Shown here piece after piece: positions 36,091 through 46,434 of a stretch of 64,000 nucleotides of DNA. A model generated the notes under the pieces. That model searched no databases. It was given only the letters and a program-made list of their open reading frames with translations, and was not told the origin of the DNA. This DNA comes from Alphaproteobacteria bacterium (GTDB lineage Bacteria > Pseudomonadota > Alphaproteobacteria > Caulobacterales > Hyphomonadaceae), in NCBI GenBank assembly GCA_018827375.1, contig JAHJYW010000015.1:14047-78046 (forward strand). The letters are read 5' to 3'. A program made the position numbers and the translations under genes. Numbering within the stretch: the first letter of the stretch is position 1; each line of letters begins with the position of its first letter.

Positions 36091-37299
36091 ATGCGTGAAG
36101 CTGTAATCGTTTCCACCGCCCGGACGGGCATGGGCAAAACAGGCCGCGGTTCGCTCAATGACACCCACGGCATCACGATGGCTGGCCACGCCATCAAACA
36201 CGCCCTTGAGCGTGCTGGCGTTGAGAGCGCCGCCGTAGAAGACGTTTTCCTGGGCACCGCCCAGCCTGAAGGCGCCACCGGTCACAACGTTGCCCGTAAC
36301 GCAGCCCTCTGGGCCGGTTGCCCTTCCACGACATCCGGCGCCACGATCAACCGTTTCTGCTCGTCGGGCCTGCAGGCCATCGCCAATGCCTCGCACACGA
36401 TCATCAATGAAGGCGCCTCGGTCACCGTCGGTGGCGGCGTGGAAAGCCTCTCGCTCGTCTCCCGCTCCGGCCACATGAACCTCTTCCGCTATACCGAAGA
36501 AGAGCTGATGAAGACCTGGCCGGCCATCTGGATGAGCATGATCGAAACGGCTGAAATCGTTGCCGACCGCTACGGCGTCTCGCGCGAAGCCCAGGACATG
36601 TATTCCGCCGAGAGCCAGCGCCGCACGGCCGAGTTCCAGAAAAAAGGCTACATGGCCGAGGAAATCGCTCCGCTGAAAACCCGCATGAAGCTCTTCAACA
36701 AGGAAACGGGTGAAGAGAGCTACCAGGACGTCGTCGTCGACAAGGACGAGTGCAACCGCCCCGGCACGACTTACGAAACACTCGCTGGCCTGAAGCCTGT
36801 CTTCTCCGGCGGCTTGGTCGTCAAGGAAGGCAAGTACGTCACCGCCGGTAACGCTTCCCAGCTTTCCGATGGCGCCGCTGCCGTGGTCGTCATGGAAGCC
36901 AAGGAAGCTGCAAAGCGCGGCATCGAGCCGCTCGGCCGTTTTGCAGGTTTCAACGTTGCTGGTTGCGATCCGGACGAAATGGGCATCGGCCCTGTTTTCG
37001 CCGTCCCGCGCCTGCTTGAGCGTCACGGCCTGACAGTTGACGATATCGATCTCTGGGAACTCAATGAAGCCTTCGCCTCGCAGTGCCTTTACAGCCGCGA
37101 CCGCCTCGGCATCGACCCTGAGAAATACAACGTCAACGGCGGCTCGATCTCGATCGGTCACCCGTTCGGCATGACCGGCGCACGCTGCACCGGCTCCATC
37201 CTGCTGGAAGGCAAGCGCCGCGGCGCCAAGTGGGGTGTCGTCACCATGTGTATCGGTGGCGGCATGGGCGCTGCTGGTCTCTTCGAGATCTACAGCTAG
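36091..37299 (+). CDS. Acetyl-CoA C-acyltransferase (thiolase)
   Basis: [29 protein letters not shown]. Confidence 0.95.
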   Translation: MREAVIVSTARTGMGKTGRGSLNDTHGITMAGHAIKHALERAGVESAAVEDVFLGTAQPEGATGHNVARNAALWAGCPSTTSGATINRFCSSGLQAIANASHTIINEGASVTVGGGVESLSLVSRSGHMNLFRYTEEELMKTWPAIWMSMIETAEIVADRYGVSREAQDMYSAESQRRTAEFQKKGYMAEEIAPLKTRMKLFNKETGEESYQDVVVDKDECNRPGTTYETLAGLKPVFSGGLVVKEGKYVTAGNASQLSDGAAAVVVMEAKEAAKRGIEPLGRFAGFNVAGCDPDEMGIGPVFAVPRLLERHGLTVDDIDLWELNEAFASQCLYSRDRLGIDPEKYNVNGGSISIGHPFGMTGARCTGSILLEGKRRGAKWGVVTMCIGGGMGAAGLFEIYS

Positions 37300-37327
37300 G
37301 CCTTTCCGGCCCTTCTAAACACATTCG

Positions 37328-37361
37328 ATGCCCCGGCCGTCACACGCCGGGGCATTTTTTT
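37328..37361 (+). terminator. Intrinsic terminator after the thiolase gene
   Basis: ATGCCCCGGC/GCCGGGGCAT stem followed by a T tract. Confidence 0.85.
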
Positions 37362-37412
37362 GTCCGATGTATTGATACGTACAACTGTATCTTGTGTGAC
37401 TATTTTGCGAAA

Positions 37413-37434
37413 TCGTCACGCAAATGTCACGAAA
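37413..37434 (+). promoter_or_regulatory. Pho-box-like tandem repeat
   Basis: TCGTCAC-GCAA-ATGTCAC-GAAA; GTCAC repeated at exactly 11 bp, upstream of a phosphate-porin gene. Confidence 0.65.
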
Positions 37435-37476
37435 CCTACCTACAGCCCACGCTCAGTATCCAGACCGGGGTGTCAA

Positions 37477-38652
37477 ATGACGAGTAGTACGTACGGTGGC
37501 ATCTCGGCATTTGCCCTGGCAATGCTGATTCCGGCCCTGCCCGCCTCTGCCGACACGCCGTGGGACATCAAGCTCTCCGGGCGAATCTTCTACGACTATA
37601 CGCAGGCGACTGCAGACACAGCGGACTTGGAAATTGACGGCACCGAGCTGCGCACCGCCCGCCTCGCCCTCGCTGGCAAGACCGATGGTATTGACTTCAA
37701 GGTCGAACTCGAAACGAACGAAGCCAGCGAGTTCATCGTTACCGACGCCTATGCAGACTTCGCCGTGAGCGGTACGTCCTGGAAGATCCGGGCGGGCAAC
37801 TTCAAGACCCCCAACTCGCTGGAAGAACAGACATCCGGTCGTTTCACGACCTTTGCGGAGCGCGCCGCGTTCACCGACGCTTTCGACTTCGACCGCGGTC
37901 TCGGCATTGCCGCACATACCAAGGGCAACGACTGGACCTTCATGGCCGGGGCTTTCGGCGGCAACGTCAATGACACACCGTCCGAGGAAGGCCTGGCCCT
38001 CGCGGCGCGCGGCACCTACACGCCCATTCATACCAATGACATGCTGGTCCATTTAGGGGCATCGGTGCGATATCGCGAGATTGACGAGCGTCAATCCAAC
38101 CTGCGTTACCGCCAGCGCCCATTCGCCCGCCTGCCAGGCCGGATGATTTCGACAGGCCCCATCACTGACAGCGACATGCTCATCGGTCTGGAAGGCGCTG
38201 TAATTCGCGGGCCATTCTGGGCCAGCGCCGAGTATGCGGATGTCAGGTCAAACCTCACCGCGGGCAGCACCGGCAATTTCACCGGCAGCGGCTTCGAAGC
38301 CGGGTACTTCTTTGGTGGCCAGCGCACCTACAAGGATGGCAAGTTCGAGCGCCCGAAAGTGAGCCACCCTGTCACTGAAAACGGCCTTGGCGCGCTTGCC
38401 GTTTCAGTGGCCTATGACACGCTGGACCTCACGGATGCAGGCGTTGACGGCGGCGCAATGAGCACGGCCCTGATCGGCGTCTCGTGGTATCCCACGTCAA
38501 AAACCCGCGTCGGGCTCAGCCTCTTCCAGTCCGACGCCAATCTGGGCGCATCAACGTCCGGCCTCGACCCCGCCTTCGCAGACGCCGTACGCGCAGGCAT
38601 ACCCGACGACAAGGTAACAGGCGTCACGCTTCGCCTCCAGGCGGACTTCTAG
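37477..38652 (+). CDS. OprO/OprP-family phosphate-selective porin
   Basis: Signal peptide, ELRTARL, GNFKTPNSLEEQTS, RYRQRP, C-terminal LRLQADF. Confidence 0.88.
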   Translation: MTSSTYGGISAFALAMLIPALPASADTPWDIKLSGRIFYDYTQATADTADLEIDGTELRTARLALAGKTDGIDFKVELETNEASEFIVTDAYADFAVSGTSWKIRAGNFKTPNSLEEQTSGRFTTFAERAAFTDAFDFDRGLGIAAHTKGNDWTFMAGAFGGNVNDTPSEEGLALAARGTYTPIHTNDMLVHLGASVRYREIDERQSNLRYRQRPFARLPGRMISTGPITDSDMLIGLEGAVIRGPFWASAEYADVRSNLTAGSTGNFTGSGFEAGYFFGGQRTYKDGKFERPKVSHPVTENGLGALAVSVAYDTLDLTDAGVDGGAMSTALIGVSWYPTSKTRVGLSLFQSDANLGASTSGLDPAFADAVRAGIPDDKVTGVTLRLQADF

Positions 38653-38660
38653 ACAAATGA

Positions 38661-38688
38661 AAGGCCCCGGCTTGGAAGCCGGGGCCTT
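38661..38688. terminator. Bidirectional hairpin between the convergent porin and TonB-receptor genes
   Basis: Perfect AAGGCCCCGGCTT/AAGCCGGGGCCTT inverted repeat. Confidence 0.75.
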
Positions 38689-38712
38689 AATATGCTTATT
38701 GCGCGGTTATTC

Positions 38713-41103
38713 CTAGAAATGGACCGTGAGGCTTGCCTGAACAGTACGGGGGTTCAGCGGCCGGTAGAAGGCATTGCCGCCACCCGTCGTGGTGAAGGTG
38801 AAGGCCAGCGTATCTTCGTCGAAGATGTTGTCCACGTTGACCCGCAGGCTGACATTTTCAGGAAGACCAAAATTGTTCGGTCCGCCAACATCGACATAAG
38901 CGCTCCAGAGATAATAGCCTTCCATCATGTTGCCCGGGCTGACAGCCGCTTCGCGGAAGTCGGCATACCGATCACCGGTGTATTTTGTGGAGAGGTTGGC
39001 CACGAACCACTCGGTTGGTTCATAGGTAATGCCGCCACTGAATATCCATTCCGGGCTATCTGCCAGGAGGCTGCCCGCCGGGTTGCCAAGGAAGGCATCA
39101 TCATTGGTTGCGTTATTATAGGTGATATTCACATCGCCATAAAGTTTGCGATCGAAGATCTCCGGCTGCCAAACACCCGAAAGTTCAACACCGTAGGCTG
39201 TGGTAGACCCGGCATTGACGGAAAAGCTTTCAGGCTGTTGCGTTGCAGGGTTGAACACGTTGCCCGTGACGAGCCGATTGTCGAATGACGTATAGAAAAT
39301 GGCTGCCGCACCATTGAAAGTCGGCCGGTTCGTCCGGAAACCAATCTCGTAATTCGTTGATTCCTCAGCATCAGGCGCTGGCGCGACAAAGCTTGTTGCT
39401 GTGGAGAAAATATCATCGGCCCCACGGGGAAGCGCATAGTTTTTCGAGAATGAGGCAAATACCTGATCAGAATCATTCAGGTCATAAACGGCACCGACAT
39501 TCGGCAGTGCATCGCTGGTGTAGGTCGCAGAGACGCTTTGCGGACCATAGCCGGCCAGTACCGGACCACCATTCGGATCACGTCTTACATAGTCGTCATA
39601 GTCACGATAGCCATCAAGCGAATAGTCGATGTCCAGCAGTTTCAAACCCGCCTGCAGTTTCAAACGGTCATCCATCAGGCTGATCGTATCCTTGATGTAA
39701 TACTGCATCGTATCGCGGACCGATACGTAATCACGCCGGAAATAGGCTACCTCGTCAAACAGGACTGCCCCATCTGCACTGCCGTCTGCATTGTTCAAGC
39801 GCTTCTGTGTGCGGTTGTACTCGTCTTTTTCGTACCACCCGCCAACTTCCACAGTGTGGTTGGCGACTTGCCATTCAAAGCCCAGAACAGCGCCTTTGCG
39901 TGTGCCACCAACGCCCGACAATCCGTACTGGACGCCACGTGGGTGAGTGACATCAAGACCAATATCGACCTGGTCCTGATAGCGGCTGAGCGTGTTGCTA
40001 TATCCGTCGGGCGAAACGCCAAAGCCGTCCTTGTCTTCATAGTACAAGGTCGCTTTTGTATTCAGGCCGTCGACAATGTCGGATTCAAAATTCAAGGCAT
40101 ACAGGCTGTCTTGTCGAATGTTCACACGGTCCTGATAATAGTCCGTACAGTTACCGCCCGTTTGTAGCGGAACATAGTCGCTGCCATCGATGACACCATC
40201 ATTATTGAAGTCCACGCTGACGGGCGAAATACATCCAGCAGGCAGCGTCTCCGAATATCCATAATCCGTTCCCAGCGCTTCAAATCCGGCACGCGAACTT
40301 GATGGTGAGTCATAATCGAAGAAATCGTTCGAGACGTAGGTGGCCTGAATCGAGGTGTCTGCATCGAATTCATACCGCAGCTTTCCCTCGATATGCTCGC
40401 GGTCGATCGTGCCAGGGCCACGCCAGAGATTACTGTCCGTCTTTGATCGGCTGATATAGGCCGAGAAACCGTTGATATCGCCGGTCTCCAATTTGACAAA
40501 CGTCCGCTGAAGGTCATCGTCGCCTAGCGTATATGACATGATGCCACCGGCTTCATCAGAAGGTGCGACCGTATTATAGGAAACGATCGGGCCTAGCGAA
40601 GCATAGCTCGGCAGGGAGACATCACCTGCGCCCGGCGAGGCAACGACCGAGCCGAGATTTTCATTGTCCACATAGCGGAAGATCGGGCTGCCACCGAATG
40701 CATCCGACCGGCCCATGGGGACGCCATCCAGCACAAAGCCGATCTGCTGCAGGTTAAAGGCTCGCACCGTCACGGAGTTGCCGAATTCATAAAGGCCGAG
40801 TGCACCATCGGTCTGGACATTGAAGCCTGGAAGGGATTCCAGCATCTTGAGGCCGGAAATGCCCGCAGGCGCCGACAATAGCTCCTCTCGGGTGACGGCA
40901 ACAGTATTGCTGGCTTCATCCTGCCCGATAGCAAGATCCGTCTGCGATACGCGACGCCCTTCGACGACCACGGTTTCAAAGCGCGCTTCGCTATCGGCTT
41001 CAGCCTCTTGCGCATTCGCTGATGTGACGAGGCTTGCCGCGCCCATTAGCGCACAGGCCGCAAGCGAAACGCGCCGTCTCTGTCGTAAGTTGACCAATCT
41101 CAT
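38713..41103 (-). CDS. TonB-dependent receptor
   Basis: Signal peptide, TonB box ETVVVEG, plug motif (VRAF..GFVLDGVPM), C-terminal NPRTVQASLTVHF. Confidence 0.93.
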   Translation of the reverse strand: MRLVNLRQRRRVSLAACALMGAASLVTSANAQEAEADSEARFETVVVEGRRVSQTDLAIGQDEASNTVAVTREELLSAPAGISGLKMLESLPGFNVQTDGALGLYEFGNSVTVRAFNLQQIGFVLDGVPMGRSDAFGGSPIFRYVDNENLGSVVASPGAGDVSLPSYASLGPIVSYNTVAPSDEAGGIMSYTLGDDDLQRTFVKLETGDINGFSAYISRSKTDSNLWRGPGTIDREHIEGKLRYEFDADTSIQATYVSNDFFDYDSPSSSRAGFEALGTDYGYSETLPAGCISPVSVDFNNDGVIDGSDYVPLQTGGNCTDYYQDRVNIRQDSLYALNFESDIVDGLNTKATLYYEDKDGFGVSPDGYSNTLSRYQDQVDIGLDVTHPRGVQYGLSGVGGTRKGAVLGFEWQVANHTVEVGGWYEKDEYNRTQKRLNNADGSADGAVLFDEVAYFRRDYVSVRDTMQYYIKDTISLMDDRLKLQAGLKLLDIDYSLDGYRDYDDYVRRDPNGGPVLAGYGPQSVSATYTSDALPNVGAVYDLNDSDQVFASFSKNYALPRGADDIFSTATSFVAPAPDAEESTNYEIGFRTNRPTFNGAAAIFYTSFDNRLVTGNVFNPATQQPESFSVNAGSTTAYGVELSGVWQPEIFDRKLYGDVNITYNNATNDDAFLGNPAGSLLADSPEWIFSGGITYEPTEWFVANLSTKYTGDRYADFREAAVSPGNMMEGYYLWSAYVDVGGPNNFGLPENVSLRVNVDNIFDEDTLAFTFTTTGGGNAFYRPLNPRTVQASLTVHF

Positions 41104-41450
41104 GAATACTCTCCCGCTCTATCCGTCGTTGGATGAGATCAGGATTGGTCCGCTCGTAAATCCGCTGAACCGCAAATCGGTATTAGGATATAACTTTAAA
41201 GAGATTGATCGCTTTTGATGCACGATGCCCCGCTGCCGAACAATTCGCGCCCATATACCATCTGGTGTTCGCATGGCTGTTTCCGCCGCGAACTGAGTTT
41301 ACAAAAACTCATGATCTCAATCAGTTGTTGATGATAACGTCGGACATTAAATCAGGCCCCAAGCCGCAACGGCCATCGCACCAAGGCACCCGCAATCGGC
41401 CTTGTACTTGGCTGCGAAATCCACCTGTTCCCGCCCGGAGGGCCCCGCCC

Positions 41451-42656
41451 ATGCTTCGACTGATCACGCTCGCCACGACAGCGCTTTTGCTTGCGGCCTG
41501 CTCGCCCGACAAGGCAGCCACGCCAGAGCAAGCTGCAACCAATTTCATCACGGCGAATGTTCCCCCGCCCACAACCGCAGCCGATACCAAGGGCGACGGC
41601 GTGCTGCGCGATGCAGACAACCGCCCCTATGGCTATGCCCTGCTTGGTGAGCCATTCCCGCAATTCACCGCCACCATGGCGGATGGCCAGGCCTTTGATT
41701 CCGCCGTTCTGAACCGCTGGATGGTCATTGATGTCTGGGGCATATGGTGCGGCGACTGCATGCGGGATGCGCCCTATGTGGCCGCACTCGCCACGGCGAT
41801 CGAACAGGATCCGGACCTCTATTTCCTGTCCATCCATGTCCCGGCCAATGCCAGCCGCACCAGCCCTGAGGAACTCTACGGCAAGTATGGCTCCGTTGAG
41901 GCCTATTTTGCTGAAAAGGGCTACAGCTATCCGACCGTGCTCGATACAGACACGCGCATCCGCGAAAAGCTGAAGATCAGCTGGACGCCCAGCTACCTGT
42001 TGATCTCGCCAGACGGCATCATCCGCGCCTTCCGCACGGACCTTTCAGTCGCTGGCGGCGAACCAGTGAAGGACTTCCTGAAGGATGTCGCCCGTGTGAA
42101 ATCCGAAGTGCGCAAGGCTGAGTTTGGCGGCGCCGCCCTGCCCGCCAGCATCGGCCCGGAAGGAACGATGGGCCTGACGGGCACCACGCCTTTTACGCTC
42201 GATGCCATGAAAGCCGCCTTTCCCGGCCACGAAATCCTCACCGACCGTGCCTATGCCGGTGAGCAGGCCTACCCGGTCTTCCTCGTCCAGACGCTCCCGG
42301 CGGCTGGCCAGGCAGGCCGCCTCGTCTACGTGGTTGAACCCGACTGGACGGTCGGCAATGTCGGCGCCGTGGTGACACGCAATCCCGACGTCGCCGGACC
42401 TGACGGCGGCAAGGTCGGCCAGATGAAGCTCAAGGCGCTCAGCGCAGAGGCGCGCAGCCTCTGCGAACTGGAGCCAGGCCCTGTGGACGCCCTCTTCATC
42501 TGTCCCGACAGCGCGGACAACCCGCGCTTCATCCGGGCGTTCGGCGCGGGCGGCGATTTTGACGGCCAGCTCAGCGATGCCGCGCCTGACTATCAGGCGG
42601 AAGCGGTGCTTCTGGAGATGAAATACGTCCCGCCAGCCCCCGCTGCCGCTCCCTAA
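41451..42656 (+). CDS. TlpA-like thioredoxin lipoprotein with an extra C-terminal domain
   Basis: Lipobox LLAAC, WGIWCGDC, YPTVLD, WTPSYLLISPDG; about 120 additional C-terminal residues. Confidence 0.82.
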   Translation: MLRLITLATTALLLAACSPDKAATPEQAATNFITANVPPPTTAADTKGDGVLRDADNRPYGYALLGEPFPQFTATMADGQAFDSAVLNRWMVIDVWGIWCGDCMRDAPYVAALATAIEQDPDLYFLSIHVPANASRTSPEELYGKYGSVEAYFAEKGYSYPTVLDTDTRIREKLKISWTPSYLLISPDGIIRAFRTDLSVAGGEPVKDFLKDVARVKSEVRKAEFGGAALPASIGPEGTMGLTGTTPFTLDAMKAAFPGHEILTDRAYAGEQAYPVFLVQTLPAAGQAGRLVYVVEPDWTVGNVGAVVTRNPDVAGPDGGKVGQMKLKALSAEARSLCELEPGPVDALFICPDSADNPRFIRAFGAGGDFDGQLSDAAPDYQAEAVLLEMKYVPPAPAAAP

Positions 42657-42804
42657 GGTTTGCACAGCCTCGCGACTTCAGCGGACCAAACTGCCCGAAT
42701 AAACCACATTTCATGCAGATTGGGGGAAGCACAGTTTGAATGTTAGCCTGTCAGCCGCTATTGGGTAGACTTGATCCAGGACAGATCGGGAAAGGCTACG
42801 CACA

Positions 42805-44343
42805 ATGCTGCACCCTTCGACAAAACGGCTGATCGACAAGCTCAGTGAAATGACGCGCAAGCAGCGCGTTGCCTGGTCTGAGGGCGAAGACGGCACGATC
42901 ACCCACGATACAGAGGGTTATCGCGTTGTCCTGACGCCAGAGCCGCATGCCGTATTGCTCACGGATGCGCTCGGCAAGGAAATCGAGTCCTGTTCGCCGG
43001 AGGAATTCGTTGACGAAACAGACAGCGCCGGGCGCCCCTATGCCAGTTTTGTGGCAGACCTCTACCGCGAGGCCCATCGCCACGCCCGCGGCGCCGAGAA
43101 AGCCATCAATACGGTCCTCAAAGGCCTGGAAACCATCGACGCAGAGCCCGAGGAAGCGCCTGCCCCGGCGCTCGATCCCGCTGATCTGGTTGAGGATCCG
43201 GGCGACGACACCGAGGCCTACCCTGAAGCCTATCCGGAAGTCGAAGGTCAGAACGACATGGCGCGCGCCGTCGCCAGCATGGCTGATGAAGTCAATGGCG
43301 GCGTACGCGAAACTGCACCCGAACCCGAAATCGAGGCGGACGAAGAGCCCGAAACCTCTGTCCCCGAATACGAAACGATTATTGCGGCTGAGCCAGACGT
43401 GCTCCCGGATACGGCGCCAGAGGCTGAGGCGCTCGCCGAAGCCGAACCGGACGCCCTGGACGATCCCGAAAGCGAAATGGAAGCGGCAGCGGACGCCCCT
43501 GAAGACGTCGCTGCAGACGCGCCAGAACCCTTCGATTATACGCCAGCCTTCACTACATCGTCCGAGGCCGAGCCTGAAACCCATGAATCCGAACCCTCGC
43601 TCTGGCCTGAAGACGAAAACGCACCCGTTCTTGAGACAGCGCCCGATTTTGAGGAGTCTGACCCCGAGCCGGAGCCCGATCCAGCCCCGGCTGCTGCGCC
43701 AGCGGTTTCCATGTCTTCGCCCTTTGGCGGCGGCTATTTTGGCGCCGGTACCGGCACACTTGCGCAATACACGATGTCTCCAGCCGCACCGGCAGAGCCT
43801 GAACCCGCCCCTCAGGCCGAAGTGATTTCGTCCGACGTCGATTATGCTGGCGAAATCACGCCCGAAGCGCCTCAGATAGACCTGCCGGAAGACGCGCCCG
43901 TCACGGCTGAATCCCCCGTCGTCCCAAAGCCGCAACAGCGCTTCAGCCTGTCCGGCATGTCCTCCGGCTTTGGCCTCGGGGCAGCTGGCAGGACTGGCGC
44001 GATGCCCAATGACGTGCCCCCCGCATCCGGCGCCCCTGACATTGAAAGTCCGCGCATGGTGATCGACGGCACGGTCGACCTGCCAGACGAGATCGACCTG
44101 TCCGAGTTCAGCGCCGATACTGAGACACCCGCCTATCCAGACCCGGTGGCCGAACCTGAATCCGCGCCCCTTGAGTTCAGCGATCAGGCCGAAACGCCGG
44201 CTGACGCCCCCGAACGGTCACGCCCCGAAGAAAGGGCGTTTGAAGTGCCGCCGGAAACCGTCGAGCCAATGACACAAGAGCCCGAAGCGGAAGAGGCGCC
44301 ACCCCCGCCCGCTGCGCCCAAACGTTTCAATCCCTGGAACTAG
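42805..44343 (+). CDS. Hypothetical protein: folded N-terminal ~110 aa plus a long acidic Pro-rich disordered region
   Basis: Long ORF, strongly E/D/P/A-biased, ends PKRFNPWN. Confidence 0.8.
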   Translation: MLHPSTKRLIDKLSEMTRKQRVAWSEGEDGTITHDTEGYRVVLTPEPHAVLLTDALGKEIESCSPEEFVDETDSAGRPYASFVADLYREAHRHARGAEKAINTVLKGLETIDAEPEEAPAPALDPADLVEDPGDDTEAYPEAYPEVEGQNDMARAVASMADEVNGGVRETAPEPEIEADEEPETSVPEYETIIAAEPDVLPDTAPEAEALAEAEPDALDDPESEMEAAADAPEDVAADAPEPFDYTPAFTTSSEAEPETHESEPSLWPEDENAPVLETAPDFEESDPEPEPDPAPAAAPAVSMSSPFGGGYFGAGTGTLAQYTMSPAAPAEPEPAPQAEVISSDVDYAGEITPEAPQIDLPEDAPVTAESPVVPKPQQRFSLSGMSSGFGLGAAGRTGAMPNDVPPASGAPDIESPRMVIDGTVDLPDEIDLSEFSADTETPAYPDPVAEPESAPLEFSDQAETPADAPERSRPEERAFEVPPETVEPMTQEPEAEEAPPPPAAPKRFNPWN

Positions 44344-44374
44344 ACCGGACGCCCGCGCCCACCCGTCTCATCTG

Positions 44375-45049
44375 TCAGGCCTCTGCGATCAGACCCGGAT
44401 GATTGTTGCGCACGTTGCCGACATCTGCACCGACGGGCCAGGCCTGCATCGCGTCACTTGGGAAGGGGCCAAACAAGCGCGTAGGGTCGCCCGCGTCGGG
44501 GTCCAGCCAAAGGGAATAATCCTCGGGCGCCACGATCACCGGCATGCGCGTGTGCAGCCCCGCCATCAGGTCGTTGGGCGTCGTGGTCAGGATCGTGAAG
44601 CTGTGGATCTCCGACCCGTCGATCAGCGCGGAATCCCATAAACCCGCCAGGCAGAACCAACGCCTGTTGCGCAGGCTGATCGCAAAAGGCGTCTTCGCCC
44701 CTTTGGTGCCTGTCCATTCATAAAAGCCGGACACGGGCACAAGGCATCGATGATGGCGGTATGCGCCCCGGAACACAGGCTTCTCGGGCGCTGTTTCGGC
44801 CTGCGCATTGAAAGTCGTGAACTTCATCTCCGACAGCGGCTTGGTCCACCAGGACGGAACCAGCCCCCAGCGCGCAGGCGCCAGTTCCTTGTGGGTGCCA
44901 TGCTCGGCGCGGCGCACGATGGGCTGGATCGTGGTCGGCGCGGCATTATAGGTTGCTTCAGGCGGATCCACATTCGTGACGGGTATGATGCTCAGCGCAT
45001 CATGATATTCGGCCCAGCTCACTTCGTGCCTGAAATAACGCCCACACAT
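44375..45049 (-). CDS. SOS response-associated peptidase (SRAP/YedK/HMCES family)
   Basis: MCGRY N-terminus, RWGLVPSW, FNA.AET, RCLVP.SGFYEW, H.RMPVI. Confidence 0.93.
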   Translation of the reverse strand: MCGRYFRHEVSWAEYHDALSIIPVTNVDPPEATYNAAPTTIQPIVRRAEHGTHKELAPARWGLVPSWWTKPLSEMKFTTFNAQAETAPEKPVFRGAYRHHRCLVPVSGFYEWTGTKGAKTPFAISLRNRRWFCLAGLWDSALIDGSEIHSFTILTTTPNDLMAGLHTRMPVIVAPEDYSLWLDPDAGDPTRLFGPFPSDAMQAWPVGADVGNVRNNHPGLIAEA

Positions 45050-45118
45050 GCTCGCCTGCCTCCCGCGCTGGTAACTCAAATCCCGAATACCAGAATTTGG
45101 CCGCCTTGCGCGCAAGGA

Positions 45119-45487
45119 TTACAGGCTGGAGACGTCGGTCACCTTATAGGTCAGCGGCTCTTCGCCAAAGCTGGCAACCGTCACGTATTCGCCTTCCTTG
45201 AACACGTGTTCGCCAAGGCGGTAGCCCGCCTCGTCGTCGCCTTCATCATCTTCGTCATAATGAAAGGACCAGTGATCGCCGCGATGCGTCAGCAGTCCGG
45301 TGGCATGCTCGTCATCCACAGGCGAAAAGCGCACGACGCGGCAGGCCTTGCGGTCTGCCCGCCAGGCTTCGACATCAATATGAGCGTCAGGCGTCAGGGG
45401 CGCGACAAGCGTGTAACCCCGTTCAGGGTCACCCGTGGGCAGGCCCGGGTTGCGCGCGAGTTGAAGTGTAATGCGGCTCAGGGCCAT
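45119..45487 (-). CDS. Conserved hypothetical protein (122 aa)
   Basis: GGAG RBS; L.LARNP..P.GD..RGY..VAPL, G.L.H.G..W.F.YD, H.F..GEYV pattern. Confidence 0.75.
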   Translation of the reverse strand: MALSRITLQLARNPGLPTGDPERGYTLVAPLTPDAHIDVEAWRADRKACRVVRFSPVDDEHATGLLTHRGDHWSFHYDEDDEGDDEAGYRLGEHVFKEGEYVTVASFGEEPLTYKVTDVSSL

Positions 45488-45520
45488 TGGAGTCTCCTTG
45501 ATCTCAGGGGTTGGACAGGA

Positions 45521-46354
45521 TCAGCGCGCGAGCGCCAGCGCCGGCGCGTCCTTGGCCTCGAGCAGACGCCGCGACGTGCCACCGAAAATCCGTTCGCCGA
45601 GCCGCGAGTGACCATAGGCACCCGCCACGATCATTGACGCACCGCTGCCTTTTGCCAGAGCCAGGAGGCCGCCGGCCACATCGCCTTCGATGCCCGCCAC
45701 GCTTACGGTAACACCGTGCTGCTTCAGCCAGTCTTCAAGTGTACCGGGTTCAGCTACCGGGCGGGCCGCATCACGCTCAAGGTCTTTCGGCGCCTGCGCA
45801 ATGATGACTTCGCCAAACGCGCGGATCAGCGGCAGATGAAACCGCACGGCGCGCGCGGCGCCATTGCTGCCATCCCAGGCAATGATCACCGGGCCTTGCG
45901 GCATTTCATCCGTACCCGCTAGAACGAGCGGCAGGCGCGCTTCCATCATGACGTGTTCAAACGCCATATAAAGCGGCTCACCGACCTTCGCGGCAGATCG
46001 CGGAAACACGACCGCATCCGCCAGCGTCGCGGCATTCGCGGTGGCACGTTCCACCGTATTCACCTCATGGAAGAAGTCGCAGTCCAGGCCGTGTGCGCCT
46101 GTACTGGTCGCGTCATGGAAGGCCGCCTTGGCGACCTCGGTCATCGCCGCTTGCTGGTCGATCATGCTCTGCGTCATGCTGGGCGAAATCGACGCCATCT
46201 CGGGTGACGTTGATACCATCAGCACGGCCATTGGATCAGGCAGCGCGAACAGGCCCGTGACGGGCGTGTTCAGGCGGCGCGCAATCTCCACAGCGGCCAG
46301 CGTGGTATGACGGTCTTCAGCTTCTGTTCCCTGTAGTACGGCGACAACGGACAT
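45521..46354 (-). CDS. Universal stress protein (tandem UspA domains)
   Basis: VIIAWDGS..AARAV, MIVAGAYGHSRLGERIFGGTSR. Confidence 0.9.
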   Translation of the reverse strand: MSVVAVLQGTEAEDRHTTLAAVEIARRLNTPVTGLFALPDPMAVLMVSTSPEMASISPSMTQSMIDQQAAMTEVAKAAFHDATSTGAHGLDCDFFHEVNTVERATANAATLADAVVFPRSAAKVGEPLYMAFEHVMMEARLPLVLAGTDEMPQGPVIIAWDGSNGAARAVRFHLPLIRAFGEVIIAQAPKDLERDAARPVAEPGTLEDWLKQHGVTVSVAGIEGDVAGGLLALAKGSGASMIVAGAYGHSRLGERIFGGTSRRLLEAKDAPALALAR

Positions 46355-46434
46355 GGCAGTTATATCTCCTGACAGATTGCTCCTGAGATAAAACATACCA
46401 TCCAGGCACATGCCTGCGAACTACGCACAAACCC

